NCBI RefSeq assembly: GCF_009914755.1
Contig: NC_060934.1
Origin: the human T2T-CHM13v2.0 reference genome, Homo sapiens
Length of the DNA stretch: 64,000 nt
Strand: one strand, 5' to 3'
Shown here: positions 1 to 31,986 of the stretch, piece by piece
Numbering within the stretch: the first letter of the stretch is position 1
Layout of the letters: every line of letters starts with the position of its first letter
Translations under genes and position numbers: made by a program
The notes under the pieces: generated by a model
Database searches by the model: none
What the model saw: the letters and a program-made list of their open reading frames with translations, nothing else
Told to the model about the DNA's origin: nothing

Positions 1-559
1 GCATATGTATGAATATATATATATGAATAATGGTGGAGTCTTCCAGAGAGGTTTTTAGCTGTGTCTGCCAGGCCTTGAGGCACCACCAGTCTGGAACCAC
101 CTTAATCCAAGTTCAAAGTTTGAGACTCCCGGACCGCCCAGACGATCTGAACTTGACTGTGAGCCTGAGGGCTGCATACTTGCCCTTCTCCCCAACCCTG
201 AGGAGCTTGCTTGACATGGGGAGTGGTGTATCTGGATCCCCAGCCTTGGCAGGTCCTGGGCTCTGAATTGTGTTCAAAGCCTGTGAGACTATGGAAAGAA
301 TAGCTCATTTTCAAAGCTGTTTTTTTTTTTTTTTCTTTTTTTCCAGATTGACAAATGCCTTAGAATAAAAGCTCTGTGGGCTGGGCAAACCACTTCTGGG
401 TTTGTCCTGGCCTTGATTTTGGCAGATGTTTCTTCGCTACCTTATTATCATTTTGATGCTCTTAAGAAAACTAAACAAATCTTTCAGCCAGCTTTTAAGT
501 TGTCTTTCGTAGGAGGGTTGATCTAAATTACTTAACCTGCTATTGGCAAAGGGAAAAGT

Positions 560-845
560 ACCAGGTGACCTAGGTTCAAATCCTAGGTGTGTCTATCACT
601 TCCAGCTGGCTGATGTCAGCCAAGTTTGTTTCCTCATCTGTCTGATGCACACAGTAAACCCTACCTACTTGACTGTGTGGCTGTGCAATTTAAAAGTGAA
701 CATTGTTTTTTGTAAAGGGGTGTACTCACAGGTTTGTTTATTGTTTATGTCCCACACTAGAATGTCAACTCCAAAAGAATGTCACTTCACTGGTATTTCC
801 CCAACAATGCCTGATACATAGTAGATGCTCAATCAACATGGACTA
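560..845 (+). mobile_element. MIR fragment followed by L2 3'-end fragment
   Basis: MIR core-like ggttcaaatcct...tttcctcatctgt; L2 tail-like tgcctgatacatagtagatgctcaat. Confidence 0.6.
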
Positions 846-901
846 TAGGAAGGGTTACTTTGTAAAGATAATCAAGTACTTACCCAGGATACATGTATGT
901 A

Positions 902-3247
<2,346 letters not shown>

Positions 3248-3456
3248 AAGAATTACCATAATTTTATAATCAGAACAACTGAGTAACCGAAGTATGCTTT
3301 TATTTCATGCTCAAATAAAACTGATCAAGTCATCTTGTTTTTCAAGTGAAAATTCCTGACAACAACAGTAGCTACTATTTATTGACTGCCTTTGGTTTAG
3401 GTATTTTACAGTCACTCACTGTCTAATGTTCTTAAAACAACCTGGCAAAGTAAATA

Positions 3457-5969
<2,513 letters not shown>

Positions 5970-6225
5970 TACTACTATTATTTCCATTTTCCAGATATGG
6001 AAACTGAGACTGAGAGGAGTTACGCAACCTGCCGCCCTTGAAGCCACAAAATTAGAGCATGGTGGAGGCAAACCAGTGGTGCCTAATTTACCACTTGCTT
6101 ATTACCACTGAAAGAAGAAATGACTTTCCAGGTGTTTTGGGTGCTAATTCAATTCTTTAAGTGCTTATTTAGGACCTGGCAATGTTTGTCCCCCAGGGTA
6201 AGGGGTAGGGTATCTTTAAAGGTGA

Positions 6226-6570
6226 CAATTGGTATCCTTATATACAGGGGAGACTTTATCTCAGCTTTTATATCCATACAATAGAGTTTTATGTCTGGGC
6301 ATGGTGGCTCATGTCTGTAATCCCAGCACTTTGGGAGGCCGAGGTGGTTGGATCACCTGAGTTCAAGAGTTCGAGACTAGCCTACCCAACATGGCAAAAC
6401 CCCGTCTGTACTAAAAAAATACAAAAATTAGCTGGGCGGAGTCTGCAGTGAGCCAAGATCGCGTCATTGCACTCCAGCCTGAGGGACAGAGTGAGACTTT
6501 ATCTCAAAAAAAAAAAAAAAAAAAAAAAAAACTGAGATAAAATCTCCCCTGTGTGTAAGGATACCAATTG
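6226..6570. repeat. Inverted duplication 1: arms 6226-6264 and 6532-6570 around an internally deleted Alu
   Basis: 36/39 identity in reverse complement, aligned by hand. Confidence 0.9.
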
Positions 6571-8130
6571 AAATTAGCAACCAAAGCCAAAATTGGTGTA
6601 TTTTGTTTTTCTGAGTGTACAAAACTTGGGATTAGAGGTTGGAAAATAAAAGATGTGAAACTACCCTTGGCTAGCATCCATCTGCCCCTTCTCTCAACCC
6701 TGCGTCATTTGTCACTTGCAGGGAAGGTGGAGAGAAGGACGAGATGGCAGATGGAGGAAGAGAGGACTCAGAAACCCTCGTTTCTTCTGGTTTGCTTCTG
6801 ACTTGAACTGAAGCTCATGCCTCCTTGAACCTGGGAACAGTTTGATTTCTGGAAGGAGCTGCGTGCAGAAGCTCCTTTAAAACTTTGGGATCAAATTAAA
6901 ACTTTGGGTTTTAGGTAGGCACAGCCACAAAAAAGTTGAAGCTGGCATGTCTTGTGCAAGGCTACCTATCAAGACAGAAATAGAAGTGGATCTCTGGCCT
7001 GGCCGTCTGGGACTGCGATGTCTCATTGTGGGGCCTGCCTGTAACTGAAGGTTCCGCATGAGTCACGGACTTCCCTGGTGCAGGGCAGCAACCCAGGGGC
7101 TTGGTAACTGGGTTGAGGGAAAGAGAGAAGTTTTTGTTTATGATCTCATTCCAATCAGAATGTGTCCAGACGCCCAAATATTTGATTTGAGCCTGGTTGC
7201 TAAGAGACCTCCCACTGGGACCCAGCTGCCTGCGGGCAGGAAGGCGGTATTGGCATCATTTCAGATTTCTGCCAATTTATTTTGAAACCAGAAAACCTAG
7301 AACCTCGGCCTCCTCAAGGCAACCAGGGGGAGAGGAGAGATCTGAGTCAGCCAAACTAGAGAGAGAAAACCCCCGCTAACCTTCTGCCAGGGAGCTGTAG
7401 GAAGGTTCGGGATAGAATAGAATGATGACATTGTGCTTGTTTACTTCCTGGGAAATAGGCCGGTAGGGTAATGAAGAAGAAGTTGGAGTTCTGTGCTTAG
7501 AAATGCAAGTGTCATCTTGAAGAAACCTCAGGGATTCCAGAACAATGCTGGATTTCCGGGTAATAATTGGGCGTTGTGAAGGCTGCCCTGATTGGATCCA
7601 CACACCCAGCATCTTGGGTTTTAATTGCCCGGTGACTTAAATGCCTTAGGGAAATGGCATGAGTAACATTGTCATAGGTGAGCGTGTGCGGGGTCGGTGC
7701 ACATGGGACAGGTGGGGAAACCTGCTTCTGGCTTCTCTCCTTTCTCAGCAGAAGGCAGATAGCTGAAGGGAAAAGGCTTCACATCTGTACTGGTATCAAG
7801 GAACACTGGGCTTTCCCATGCTAGTAGCAGCAGAACAGAACCTCTGGATGTGATCTCTGTCCTCAGTGCCACTCTCAGGACCAAGTAGTGATAAATACAG
7901 ACCTAGACATTTTTCCAAGGTTTTTTTTGTTGTTACCTAGGCTGGAGTGCAGTGGTGTGACCTCGGCTCACTGCAACCTCCAACTCCCGGATTCAAGTGA
8001 TTCTCGTGCCTCAGCCTCCTGTGCAGCTGGGACTGCAGGCACGTACCACCGCACCTGGCTAGTTTTTGTATTTTTAGTAGAGACGGGGTTTCACCATGTT
8101 GGCCAGGCTGGTCTCGAACTCCTGACCTCA

Positions 8131-8327
8131 GGGCAGGAGAAATTGGATGTCCCAGCTCAAACAATCAGGCAGGAAGGGGAAAAAGGAGCAAATTCCTCTT
8201 TCCTCCAACTGTTTGCTCTATTCAGGCCCTCAGTGGATTGGTCGATGCCCTCCCACACTGGGGAGGGTTTTCTACTTCATCGTTACCCCGTGGTGCCATC
8301 AAGTTGACACATAAAATGAAGCATTGC
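8131..8327 (-). mobile_element. MLT2-type (ERVL) LTR fragment
   Basis: gatgtcccagctcaa...gctctattcaggccctca..ggattgg...aagttgacacataaaat, typical of the MLT2 terminus in reverse orientation. Confidence 0.7.
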
Positions 8328-8489
8328 AGTCCTCCTCTCAGTGACATTCTCTGGAGCAGGACAGCACAGCGGGTTTTGCTTTCAGATGGAAACTTATTGC
8401 AGGCTCCACTCTTTTCTGATGAGCCTTGTGATCTTGGGCAAGTTCTGATGCCTCAATTTCCCCATCTGTCAAAAGCTATCTTGCTATAG

Positions 8490-9913
<1,424 letters not shown>

Positions 9914-10330
9914 ACCCAAGCTATACTGAAAGAAGTATTTGTTGGGTTTGAAAAGGATGGGTAGTAGTTTGGTGTTTGGAAAAAAAAAAAAATCAATGGA
10001 GAACAGGAGGGAGCTTTAAATTAAATATGGAAATAGGAGACAGAGGGGCAGGGCCTGGATCCAGCACCATGTGGGCCACACAGGAACCAGCTTGTAAATC
10101 CTTTGACTTTGATTTTTTTTTTTTTTTTTTGAGAGGGAGTCTTGCTCTGTTGCCCAGGCTGGAGTGCAGTGGCGTGACCTTGGCTCACTGCGGCCAACTT
10201 CTGCCTCCTGTTGTTCAAGCAATTCTCCTGTCTCAGCCTCCCAAGTAGCTGGGATTACAGGCACATGTCACCACGCCTGGCTAATTTTTTTGTATTTTTA
10301 GTAGAGATGGGGTTTCACCCTATTGTTTAG

Positions 10331-10468
<138 letters not shown>

Positions 10469-11609
10469 TGAGAAAGGAGATGCATGCACAATTCCATGAA
10501 CAGTGAAGTCTGGAGGCCTAGAATGAATAGTTTGAATGTAATATGGAAGGTAATGGAGAGTCACCAATGCAGTGCTCAGCTGGGTCTCATGGTTCCAGAA
10601 GGCATGAAATCAGCAGCCTCTATCATTTCCATCTTGCAGACCAGCGAAAGATACCCTCAGCAAGTGAAATATACTTAAATCCAGGGAGAATGCCCTTCAA
10701 TAAATAAGCTTTTGTTGGTGAAGTCTGTGTGCTGAGAACATCTGCAAGACATATTTAAATTTGTTCCCCAGTCTTTGGTTAAATAGACTATGTCATCCGA
10801 GGTACCAATGACTGCTTCCACCAAGAAAGCTATGATGTCAGTGGTGTGGCATGGTGATGTCATCACAGGATCCCTTAGACTCCAGACCAGACCAAAAGAG
10901 AGAGTTTGTTGTCGTGAATGCAGATATCCTTGCTAATGAGGAACATTGGCAGGGAGGAGAAGGCCACTCTAAATAAGATGAATTGCGGCAGACGGAGGGC
11001 CAAATTCTGCATGGAGATCTTGAATATTCCGCAGGCTGTTCAGCCAAAATCTGCCTCTTAGTTTTTCAGTAATGATAGATGACAAAGCCTGGGGTAAAAA
11101 TAAATCCACTTGCGTGTTAGTTGTTTCTGGCTGGTTCAGCAGGAAACAGCATCGTTAACCTTCAGGGGACTGGGGGATGCTTGAGATCTGGAAGCTGGGG
11201 CCTCTTTAGGGGGAATGGTTGGGGAAGGCTGAGGGGCTACAGAGTCACCCTGGGCTAAGTTCCTCCTCACTGTTCTCCTTTCTTAGTTACTGTGTAAATT
11301 TAATTAGGAGAAAGGCTTTTGTCCAGGCTGGTAATTGAAACATCTTTCTTAAATGTGGCAGTTTAAGGCCAGCAATTGCATTAGGTTGGGTACCTACATC
11401 TCATTCCGAGTGCAGTTGTCATCCAAGCACCCCACAGAAAGGTTTATGTCCATCTGCGGCATAAATTCCACAGAAACCTCAATTGGTGAGCAGGGGAAAA
11501 GCAGCTGGACCTGGAATGCTGAGAGGCACTTAGCTTTTGCCCTGTAACATTTTGGATGGGTACTTTCCCTTTACCCTTCCTCCTTTTTCAGAAACACTTG
11601 GAGAAGTAA

Positions 11610-12023
<414 letters not shown>

Positions 12024-12645
12024 TAGTTTAAATAAGAAAAGTGCTATGTGTTTCTGGTGCTAAAGTCCAAAAGTTTGGGTTTAGAAGAGTTAATGTCTAC
12101 AGTTCCAAGGCATTCATAGGGAATAACATACTGGCAGCATCTTGCTAATTAATAGATTTTCTTCAGCTGGAAAACCCCTGCCAGAAACAAGAATCTTATG
12201 ATAGTCCAAGATTATTTACATCTAATATAAAATGTGCCCATCTAGTGGAAGTGTTGTGGGTGGATGTGTTTTTACTGGGATATTTTTTCCTTTGAAACCA
12301 TTCATTTTGTAATCCAGGCAAAGAACAAAGAGCCAGATGTGACAGCTAGTAAAAAAAAAAAAAAATGCATACTATTAATACCTTATGTTTATCTGCTGTC
12401 TTTCTTCTAAGAAGTCCAAAGTGCTTTGCAGATGCTATCTCATCCCTCTCTGTATGTTATCACCATCTGAAGAAGGGCTGGAAAATGCCTGAAGTCAGGG
12501 AGTATGTTAGATGTCAGATGAGACTTGGTTCTTTTATTCTGCACAATGCCTTCCTCTAGTTTGTACTCTATATACAGTGCACCATAGCATCGTGGGACAT
12601 AGCAAGATGCCTTTCACCTAAGTCATGCTCAAAAAAAAAATAAAA

Positions 12646-12960
<315 letters not shown>

Positions 12961-13457
12961 GCAAGAAAACAGAAAACCCCTCTTTTGCACCCACTTAGTT
13001 GTTTTGCCATAGCCCTAAGGCAAAAGCCTGAACAAGCCAACAGCTCTCACCAGACTGAACGAGGAAGCCAAATACTTGTTGGTCTGTTTTCTGCGTGAGG
13101 CTGTCTGCAAAGTCCTTCTGCATGGTGTACCTGCCCACTCAACAGTAATACGATTCCAGGGGCACGGCTCTACCGAACTGGAGTCAAGATTTGGGAACTG
13201 ACCCTGACTATCCCTGAGACTAATGCCAGGAGAAATGCCCCCATAGTAGATTGCATTTCAGAATCTTGGCTGATTACACCATCTCTGGCAAATCCTTTGG
13301 ACTTGAAGATTTCTTAATGACTAAGAATTGAAATCCATTACTAACATCCAAAGTAGGAAGGGAAGCAACTCTGCAATTTCCTCCTGAGCTATTGAGCTGA
13401 ATTCCTTCACAGGTGTGCAGAGTTCTACTGTGGCTAAGGCTGTGCCCTGTGGGGGCA

Positions 13458-14224
13458 CAAACAGAAGAAAAAGCACAGGCAAAGACATAAAAATCAAAGA
13501 CAGGTCTATCCTTCGCCATAGTCTAGGTTTGGTTCCAATCACCAAATCTTAGATTTGGGATTAGAAAAGCAATCCACTACAAGCCAATAGGTTTCCTATG
13601 GGTGACAGAGCCATTGCTGAAATGGAGGGCAGGGTATTGCTATGTTTTCAACCCTGATTATCACACTCACTGAAGCACTTAACAAAAATTTTGGTCCAAA
13701 GGAAGGACCCCCGAGGCCTTTCACCAACAGACCCTTCCCGTTTTCTCCAGCCCCATTGGCTGCTGCCCCTCCATGCTCAATGAACTGTAACCCTGGTACA
13801 CAAACCACCACTTCCTGAACACAGAGCTTTAGGTGACATATTTGTGGGAGTCATTAGTGCTGGGGTTTGCCAAAGATTTCTGGCTTTTGACCTTCTGCGC
13901 ACATGATGGGATTGCACTGCCGGGCCCCCTTGAGTGCAGCTGGTCAATAACTTGTGAGAGGACGTGATGGGTATCACTTCTGGGACAGGGCAGTTAATTG
14001 CCAGTTCAAGACCTGGATTGAGTTCCTGCCATAGCGACTAGCAGAATTCAAGAGGGCGGCTGACCTGCCCGCACCTGCCCAACCCATTTATGATGGCAGT
14101 GAGAAACAAATCTTTGGTAGTATAAGCCACTAAGATTTGGTGATTGGAACCAAACCTAGACTATGGTGAAGGATAGACCTGTCTTTGATTTTTATGTCTT
14201 TGCAAGTGCTTTTTCTTCTGTTTG
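13458..14224. repeat. Inverted duplication 2: arms 13458-13552 and 14130-14224
   Basis: 92/95 identity in reverse complement, no gaps, 577-bp spacer. Confidence 0.95.
13843..14177 (+). mobile_element. MLT1I/J-like MaLR solo LTR
   Basis: tgtgggagtcattagtgctg start; cacatgatgggattgcact; gagaaacaaatctttg..taagccactaagatttgg...aacctagactat end. Confidence 0.7.
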
Positions 14225-15155
14225 AAATCCACACCTTCCCTTCCGTGCTTGGCAAATTCTTACTGATCCTTCCAGTTTATAAGTAATTTTTTTTTTTCTG
14301 TGAAGCCTCTTCTGACACCTCCAGGAAGTTGGCCCTCTCTAATCTGTGCTTCCCCACGGCTCTCTGTGCAAACCTCCGTTGTTACCTTAATCGCATTTTA
14401 TTCTTGCTGTCTACTTACATGTCTGCGTTCCTTTTTTAGATGTTAACATCTGGGGGGCAGGAACTGTGCTTCATTCATTTTTCTGTTCACAGTGTCTATT
14501 TCAAGTACAAGCGAAAAAATGCCTGAGAGAGAAATTAAGGCACTCCAGCAGTTTAGGGGATGTAGGTAAGGTCAGCCCACAGAGTTAGAATTCATAGTCT
14601 CAATGACCTCAGATATACCAGCTCGGAATTTACCAACTATTTGAAGATATTTGTTAAAAGATTGGTTTCTCTCCTTGCTTCAGCATTATCTGTCTATAGT
14701 TCAAATAGTTCAAAATAAACTAAGAACATCTTACAATCAGCCTCCCCTCTCCTGATAATGGCACCTTTTTATAGGAAAAAAAAAAAGATCTCAAAGTTTG
14801 GAGAAAACGTTCCTGGGCAGTTTTCTTGAGGCCACATGGTCGTTTAGGCCTGGCTCTGCTTATATGAGGAAGCATACTTGTTGATTTAATGCCCTAGGTT
14901 TTTATAAATGCACTTATGCACATCACCACATGCACCTCCCTCAGCTGTTTGAAATATACTATTAAGATGCAATGTAAAGTGATAAGATTCTGTTTCAATG
15001 TCTGCTGTAGAAAAAGTAAAATTCAGTTCAGGGTAGAAAATTAGGGGAAATCCCATTTTTGTTTAGGGCTCGTTCCTCATATAAGAGGCAGCATATTTAC
15101 TGTTGTAGTGTCCTTAATTTTATAAACGCATCTGTGCATATCACGAAATTTGTCA

Positions 15156-20096
<4,941 letters not shown>

Positions 20097-20314
20097 TCAA
20101 TTTCATTTCTTTATCCATTCGACACACATTTACAGATCAGTCAGTATGGGTAGGTTACCGTGTCAGGTGCTGGGAAACAGTGGCGAGAAAGTTAACAGGT
20201 GCCTTGCTCTTACGGAGCTTATAGCCTGGTAGGAAAAGTCACGGCCACAGGCCACGTGGAAGTTCTCATTTGCTTTCCCTTCATCTTTACTGTTCCTGTA
20301 AAATTGCCTTCTTT

Positions 20315-20960
<646 letters not shown>

Positions 20961-22714
20961 AGAATCAGCACTTCTTCAGCTGTGGGGATAATAGCTGAGA
21001 ATGAGAATTGTTTTCATGAGCTCTGGCGGCTGTTCCTGAGGCCAGGCAGCAAGGGCAACATAGCAGAGAACCAAATAGGAAAAGAGGAGAAGGAAACACA
21101 GTGGGAGGAAGGGAAGGAGAAAGAAAGGACAAGAAGATGCTGACTGTAGGCATGAGAAAGCGACAGTTGGGATCTTAGTTGACTTATGCCCTGGTTCCCA
21201 CTGTTTGTATTATCTAACCTTTGGCACAAGTAAAATACATGATAGTTTTTCAAATGTTTCTTATTGAAGGGGATGCTGTTTGCCTTGAACTTTGGTAATG
21301 TGCCTCAAGTATAAGAGAGGTTCCTTAGTAATTCTTCTCACCCATCCGTGTTGGAAATTGGGTTTGTGGATTTATTCTACATCTAACCGGCAAGTAAATC
21401 CTCTCTTTGCTCTTCTCAGTTTGGAAAACCTTAAGCTAACCGTCTTTGAAAGATGGAAACTAGCATGGAGGTCCCAGGAATGGGGATGCCAGGGTGTCGT
21501 CTGACCTCTTTAGGGTCAGAGTAGGGGCTGAGGGAGAGCAGCTGGGCTGCCTCCACTTCAGCCAGAGTCAGAACTAGGCACAAGGTGCTGGATGAAGTTT
21601 CCTATTCAGGGAGCAGATTTTTTTTTCCTTTTACAGTGAAATTGGAACAGTCCTGGGAAAATGGGACAGGTGTCCCCAGTCAAGAGACAGAGCTGTTTAC
21701 CCAACTACGAGGAGAGGCCCTGAGGGAGGCGAAGTGTTGATACCAAGAAATCTAAAATTTTCCGATCAAGAGGTCGCCCCTGCAGGTTGGGGACCAGGGA
21801 ACTGGAGCACGTGGGCTGCCCTCTGACAGGTGGACACCAGGAGTGGGGCGGGCAGGCCAAAGTACAGCTGGGAGATGGGAGTCCGGAGGGAATTCTCTGG
21901 GTTAGTTTTGGCAGTCCATAGGAAAGCAGGTGCCTGCTCCGCAACCCGGACACCCTACTAAGCCAGCCGCGGGTGGGCTCCTCCTTCGAGGGGACTGCGG
22001 GGCAGACGATCACTTCTTTCCACTGAGTCTCTGGGAGGAGACAGGGAGATGCCAGAAGGGGCCAAGCGTGAGCCAGGGCAACCAGGCCGGCCAGGCCCGC
22101 CGGCCGCTCCAGCCCAGCACCAGGGCGCCCGCGCGGCTGCCAAACACCCCCGGGAGTTTTGCTCGCAAAGGGACCACGAGGCAGCTGCTGGCGCGTCCTG
22201 CGCGTGCCCGCCCAGAGGCTCCCCGGCTTGCTCCTCGCGGGTCTGTCCCGAAACTGACGTGAAACCGATTTGGTGCAATGCGAATGAGCTCCCGCCCGCC
22301 TCCGCCTCCATCCCAGCCGCCGCCGCCGCCCGTCGCCATAACAACCGGCCCCCACCCCCCCCCCCACCCCACGCCTTGCCCCTCGGGTCCCCCGGGCCAC
22401 AGGCCACAGCGCGGGAAGGCGCCCCGCCCTCGGCGCCCCGCATCCGGCCGCCGCGCACCCCCGCCCGCCCGGCGCTTCCGAGCCACGCAGAGGCGCCCCC
22501 TCCCGCCGGAGACGGGAAAGCCCCGGCGCCCCCAGACTGGGCTCCGTTTCCAGCTCCCGGAGGGGCTGGGGCTCTCCCGCGTGCGCCCCGCACCTGCCGG
22601 GGGCCCGTACCCGCCCTCGCCGGGGCTCCAGGGGGCACGACGGCCGTGGCCCGGCGCTCTTGGGAGGGGAGCGGGACATCCCCGAAGGCGGCGCGCTGGA
22701 GGCGGGGAGCGGCC

Positions 22715-22826
22715 GGGGCGCACGGAGAGGGCGGGGAGCCCGCGGGAGGGGGAGGAGGGGGAGGAGGGGGAGGAGGCGCGAGGTTGGGGGGAGCGCGGCG
22801 GGCGGCAGGGAGGGAGCGGGAGGGAG
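22715..22826 (+). other. G-quadruplex-prone purine tract, (GGGGGAGGA)n-like
   Basis: Many G-runs of 3 or more with short loops (gggagggggaggagggggaggagggggagg...ttgggggg) just upstream of the leader. A C-rich tract at 22349-22370 gives a minus-strand equivalent. Confidence 0.7.
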
Positions 22827-22829
22827 GCA

Positions 22830-23198
<369 letters not shown>

Positions 23199-25244
23199 TA
23201 AGTGGGGACCGGGGAGGCGAGGGTGGAGGTGGCCGCGGCAGGGGCTGCACGGGCAGCTCCAGCTGCCGCCGCCGCCACTACCGCGGCAGAAACCCAGCCT
23301 GTCACCGCGTCCTCATTGTCCCGTTCTCGGCGCTGCGGAGCCCCCCCGAGCGCGCCCGACGCGTGGGCCTGCGACCCCCGGGTGGGCGCCGTTCCCGGGA
23401 GGGGGAGGGGGCAGCGCCGGGCTGTCAGGGAGCAGCCCACGCGGGCGCGCGACTTCCCACTTCTCCTGCCACCGCCGCCCTCTCCGCTGCCTTCTCCCCA
23501 CGCGTGACTGTGGGCTGAGCATGGTGGGGATGGCTGTTTACCGGCTGTGTGCGTTTACTCGCCGTGTGCATGGGCGCACCGCGTTGGCGAGACGTGGTCA
23601 CGAGAAGATCAGCCTCCAGTCGTTCCCATTTCTGTCCTTACATCATTTATTTCTATGGAATTGGCATCTGCACGTACGAGGTGTAGGCAAGACTTTGGGT
23701 GGCCACGCGAGGATGGAAGGGAAGGGCTTCGCAGTGCTCAGGGTCACACGTGGGCAGAGCCTCACCGGAGGGTCTGTGCATTTCACGCGGGCTCGGCCGC
23801 ACGCGCCGGGGAGCGCGTCTCCAAGGGAGGGTCTGTGCGCGTCGCTGCGCGGGCGGTGCTCTCCGGGCTGCATCGAGTCCCATGCTGATGGCTGCGTCTC
23901 AAGAAAGCAGAAATAATCCGAAGTCGATGGCAGGAACGCTCCAAGCATGTGCTGCTCAGCTCAGCTGCTGTTCCCTTTCTGCCCAGGAGTTGGGTCTTGT
24001 TTGTTTTGTTTCGGAGCGGCTCAGAATAGGTGGGGAGGCTGATAGTGAAAGAGAATCAGGACCTGCCGAATGAGTCTGAAGTTCAAGTTATTTCCTTCCC
24101 TCACACAATCAGTATTTGCTCTGCATCAGTATCTGTCAGTGTGGATTCACGCACAGGTGTGCAGTCAGAAATGCCCATTTTGCAGGGGTTCATGGAGGTG
24201 TTGATTAGGCTGGGAAGAGAAAGGGGAGCTATTTCATGGGATAAATCAGTGCGTTGTTGGGTGCCCTTTCTTTCCTTCCTCCTTTTTTTCCGTGTGCTTG
24301 TTTTTGTGCTTGGTTTCTTTTTTCCAGCACCACATTACCCAGCTTGTCTTCACCTCCAGGCTCGGCGTCTGCTGCTGTTCAGTCATTTCCCCTCACCCCC
24401 ACGCAGATCTGCAGGGGGTCCCCCGGAGAGAAGTTGTGAGGGTGGCTTTCCCAGTCCTGCTTCTGATTCCCGGGAAGGCGCACGCTGAGGACTAGAGTGG
24501 GGTCTCCCTGCTGTGGTTGTTGCCTTTCAGGGAGGGCACCTATTTGCTATCTTTGTTGGAATGAAAACAGAAAAAGATGTAGCTTTTTAATAAATAGGGG
24601 TTTGGGGTTGCCTCTCAGTGCAGCCAGGTAAGGGGTTAGTTTGGGTCAAAACTTTTGAAAATTGCCACTGAGGTTTATTCGGGTTTGGGGTTGTGATTCT
24701 GAGATGCTCAAGTTACTGAGAGACAAGAAAGCATGGCCTTTGCTTGTCATCCAGGACCCGCACTGTGGCCGCCGATGAGGAGATGGGAGAGCATGGGGAC
24801 CCACCCTGTGTGAATGCTTTCCTGTCCGTGGCTTGTTCCCACCCGAGCCCCCCACACTGGCTTCCTGCCTGTAGCCTCCGGGTGACTGATGCCCTGTCCC
24901 CTGACTGACTCGTGCAGCTGCACCTCTGCAGTGGCGGGGCTGCTGAGGCTCCAAGCTGTGGCTCCTGCTGGAGCATGGTGTTTGGAGATGACTGTGGGTG
25001 GTTTCCACCTTGGGGAAAAATGGGGATTTGCCCTCTGGTGCCAGAGCGCTTCTCTGGCAGAACAGCCTCTTGGACTCCAGCCATGTTCCCTGTGAGCTTT
25101 GGGAATGGGTCTCTCTTAGGGTCCTAAAGCATTGCCTTCTGCCTGGGATGGAATTCTTTGCAAAGGAGCTTCCCACTGTAGCACTGGCATTGGACCTAGA
25201 AGAATGATAGAAACAGTGTGATGATCAAGATGTTTTTACTCCAC

Positions 25245-25500
25245 ATAATAATCATGGTAATCATAGGTGGTATTCTGAAATGTATACCCAGGATCAGGTA
25301 TTATTCTACATGCCTTATGTGTATTAACTCATTTAAATCTCAGAGTAACCTTATGAGGTAGGTATTTACCATTACACCCAATTTGCAGATGAGAAAACTA
25401 AGGCAGCAGAGATAATTATGTGAGCTACCAAACCTTAGCTAACTATTAAGTGGCGGAGCTGGTATTCACAGATAGGCAGAGCAACTTTTGATTGTCCATA
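25245..25500 (-). mobile_element. MIR
   Basis: attaactcatttaaatctc...cccaatttgcagatgagaaaactaaggca MIR core. Confidence 0.75.
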
Positions 25501-25612
25501 CAGGGTTGACACACTTTGTAGATCCTGTAATGGCCAATGCTTAGTCAATAATTTGACTTAACTTTAGTATTTGGAACGCGAACTTTAATATTAATGTAAA
25601 GAAAACATAATG

Positions 25613-31986
<6,374 letters not shown>

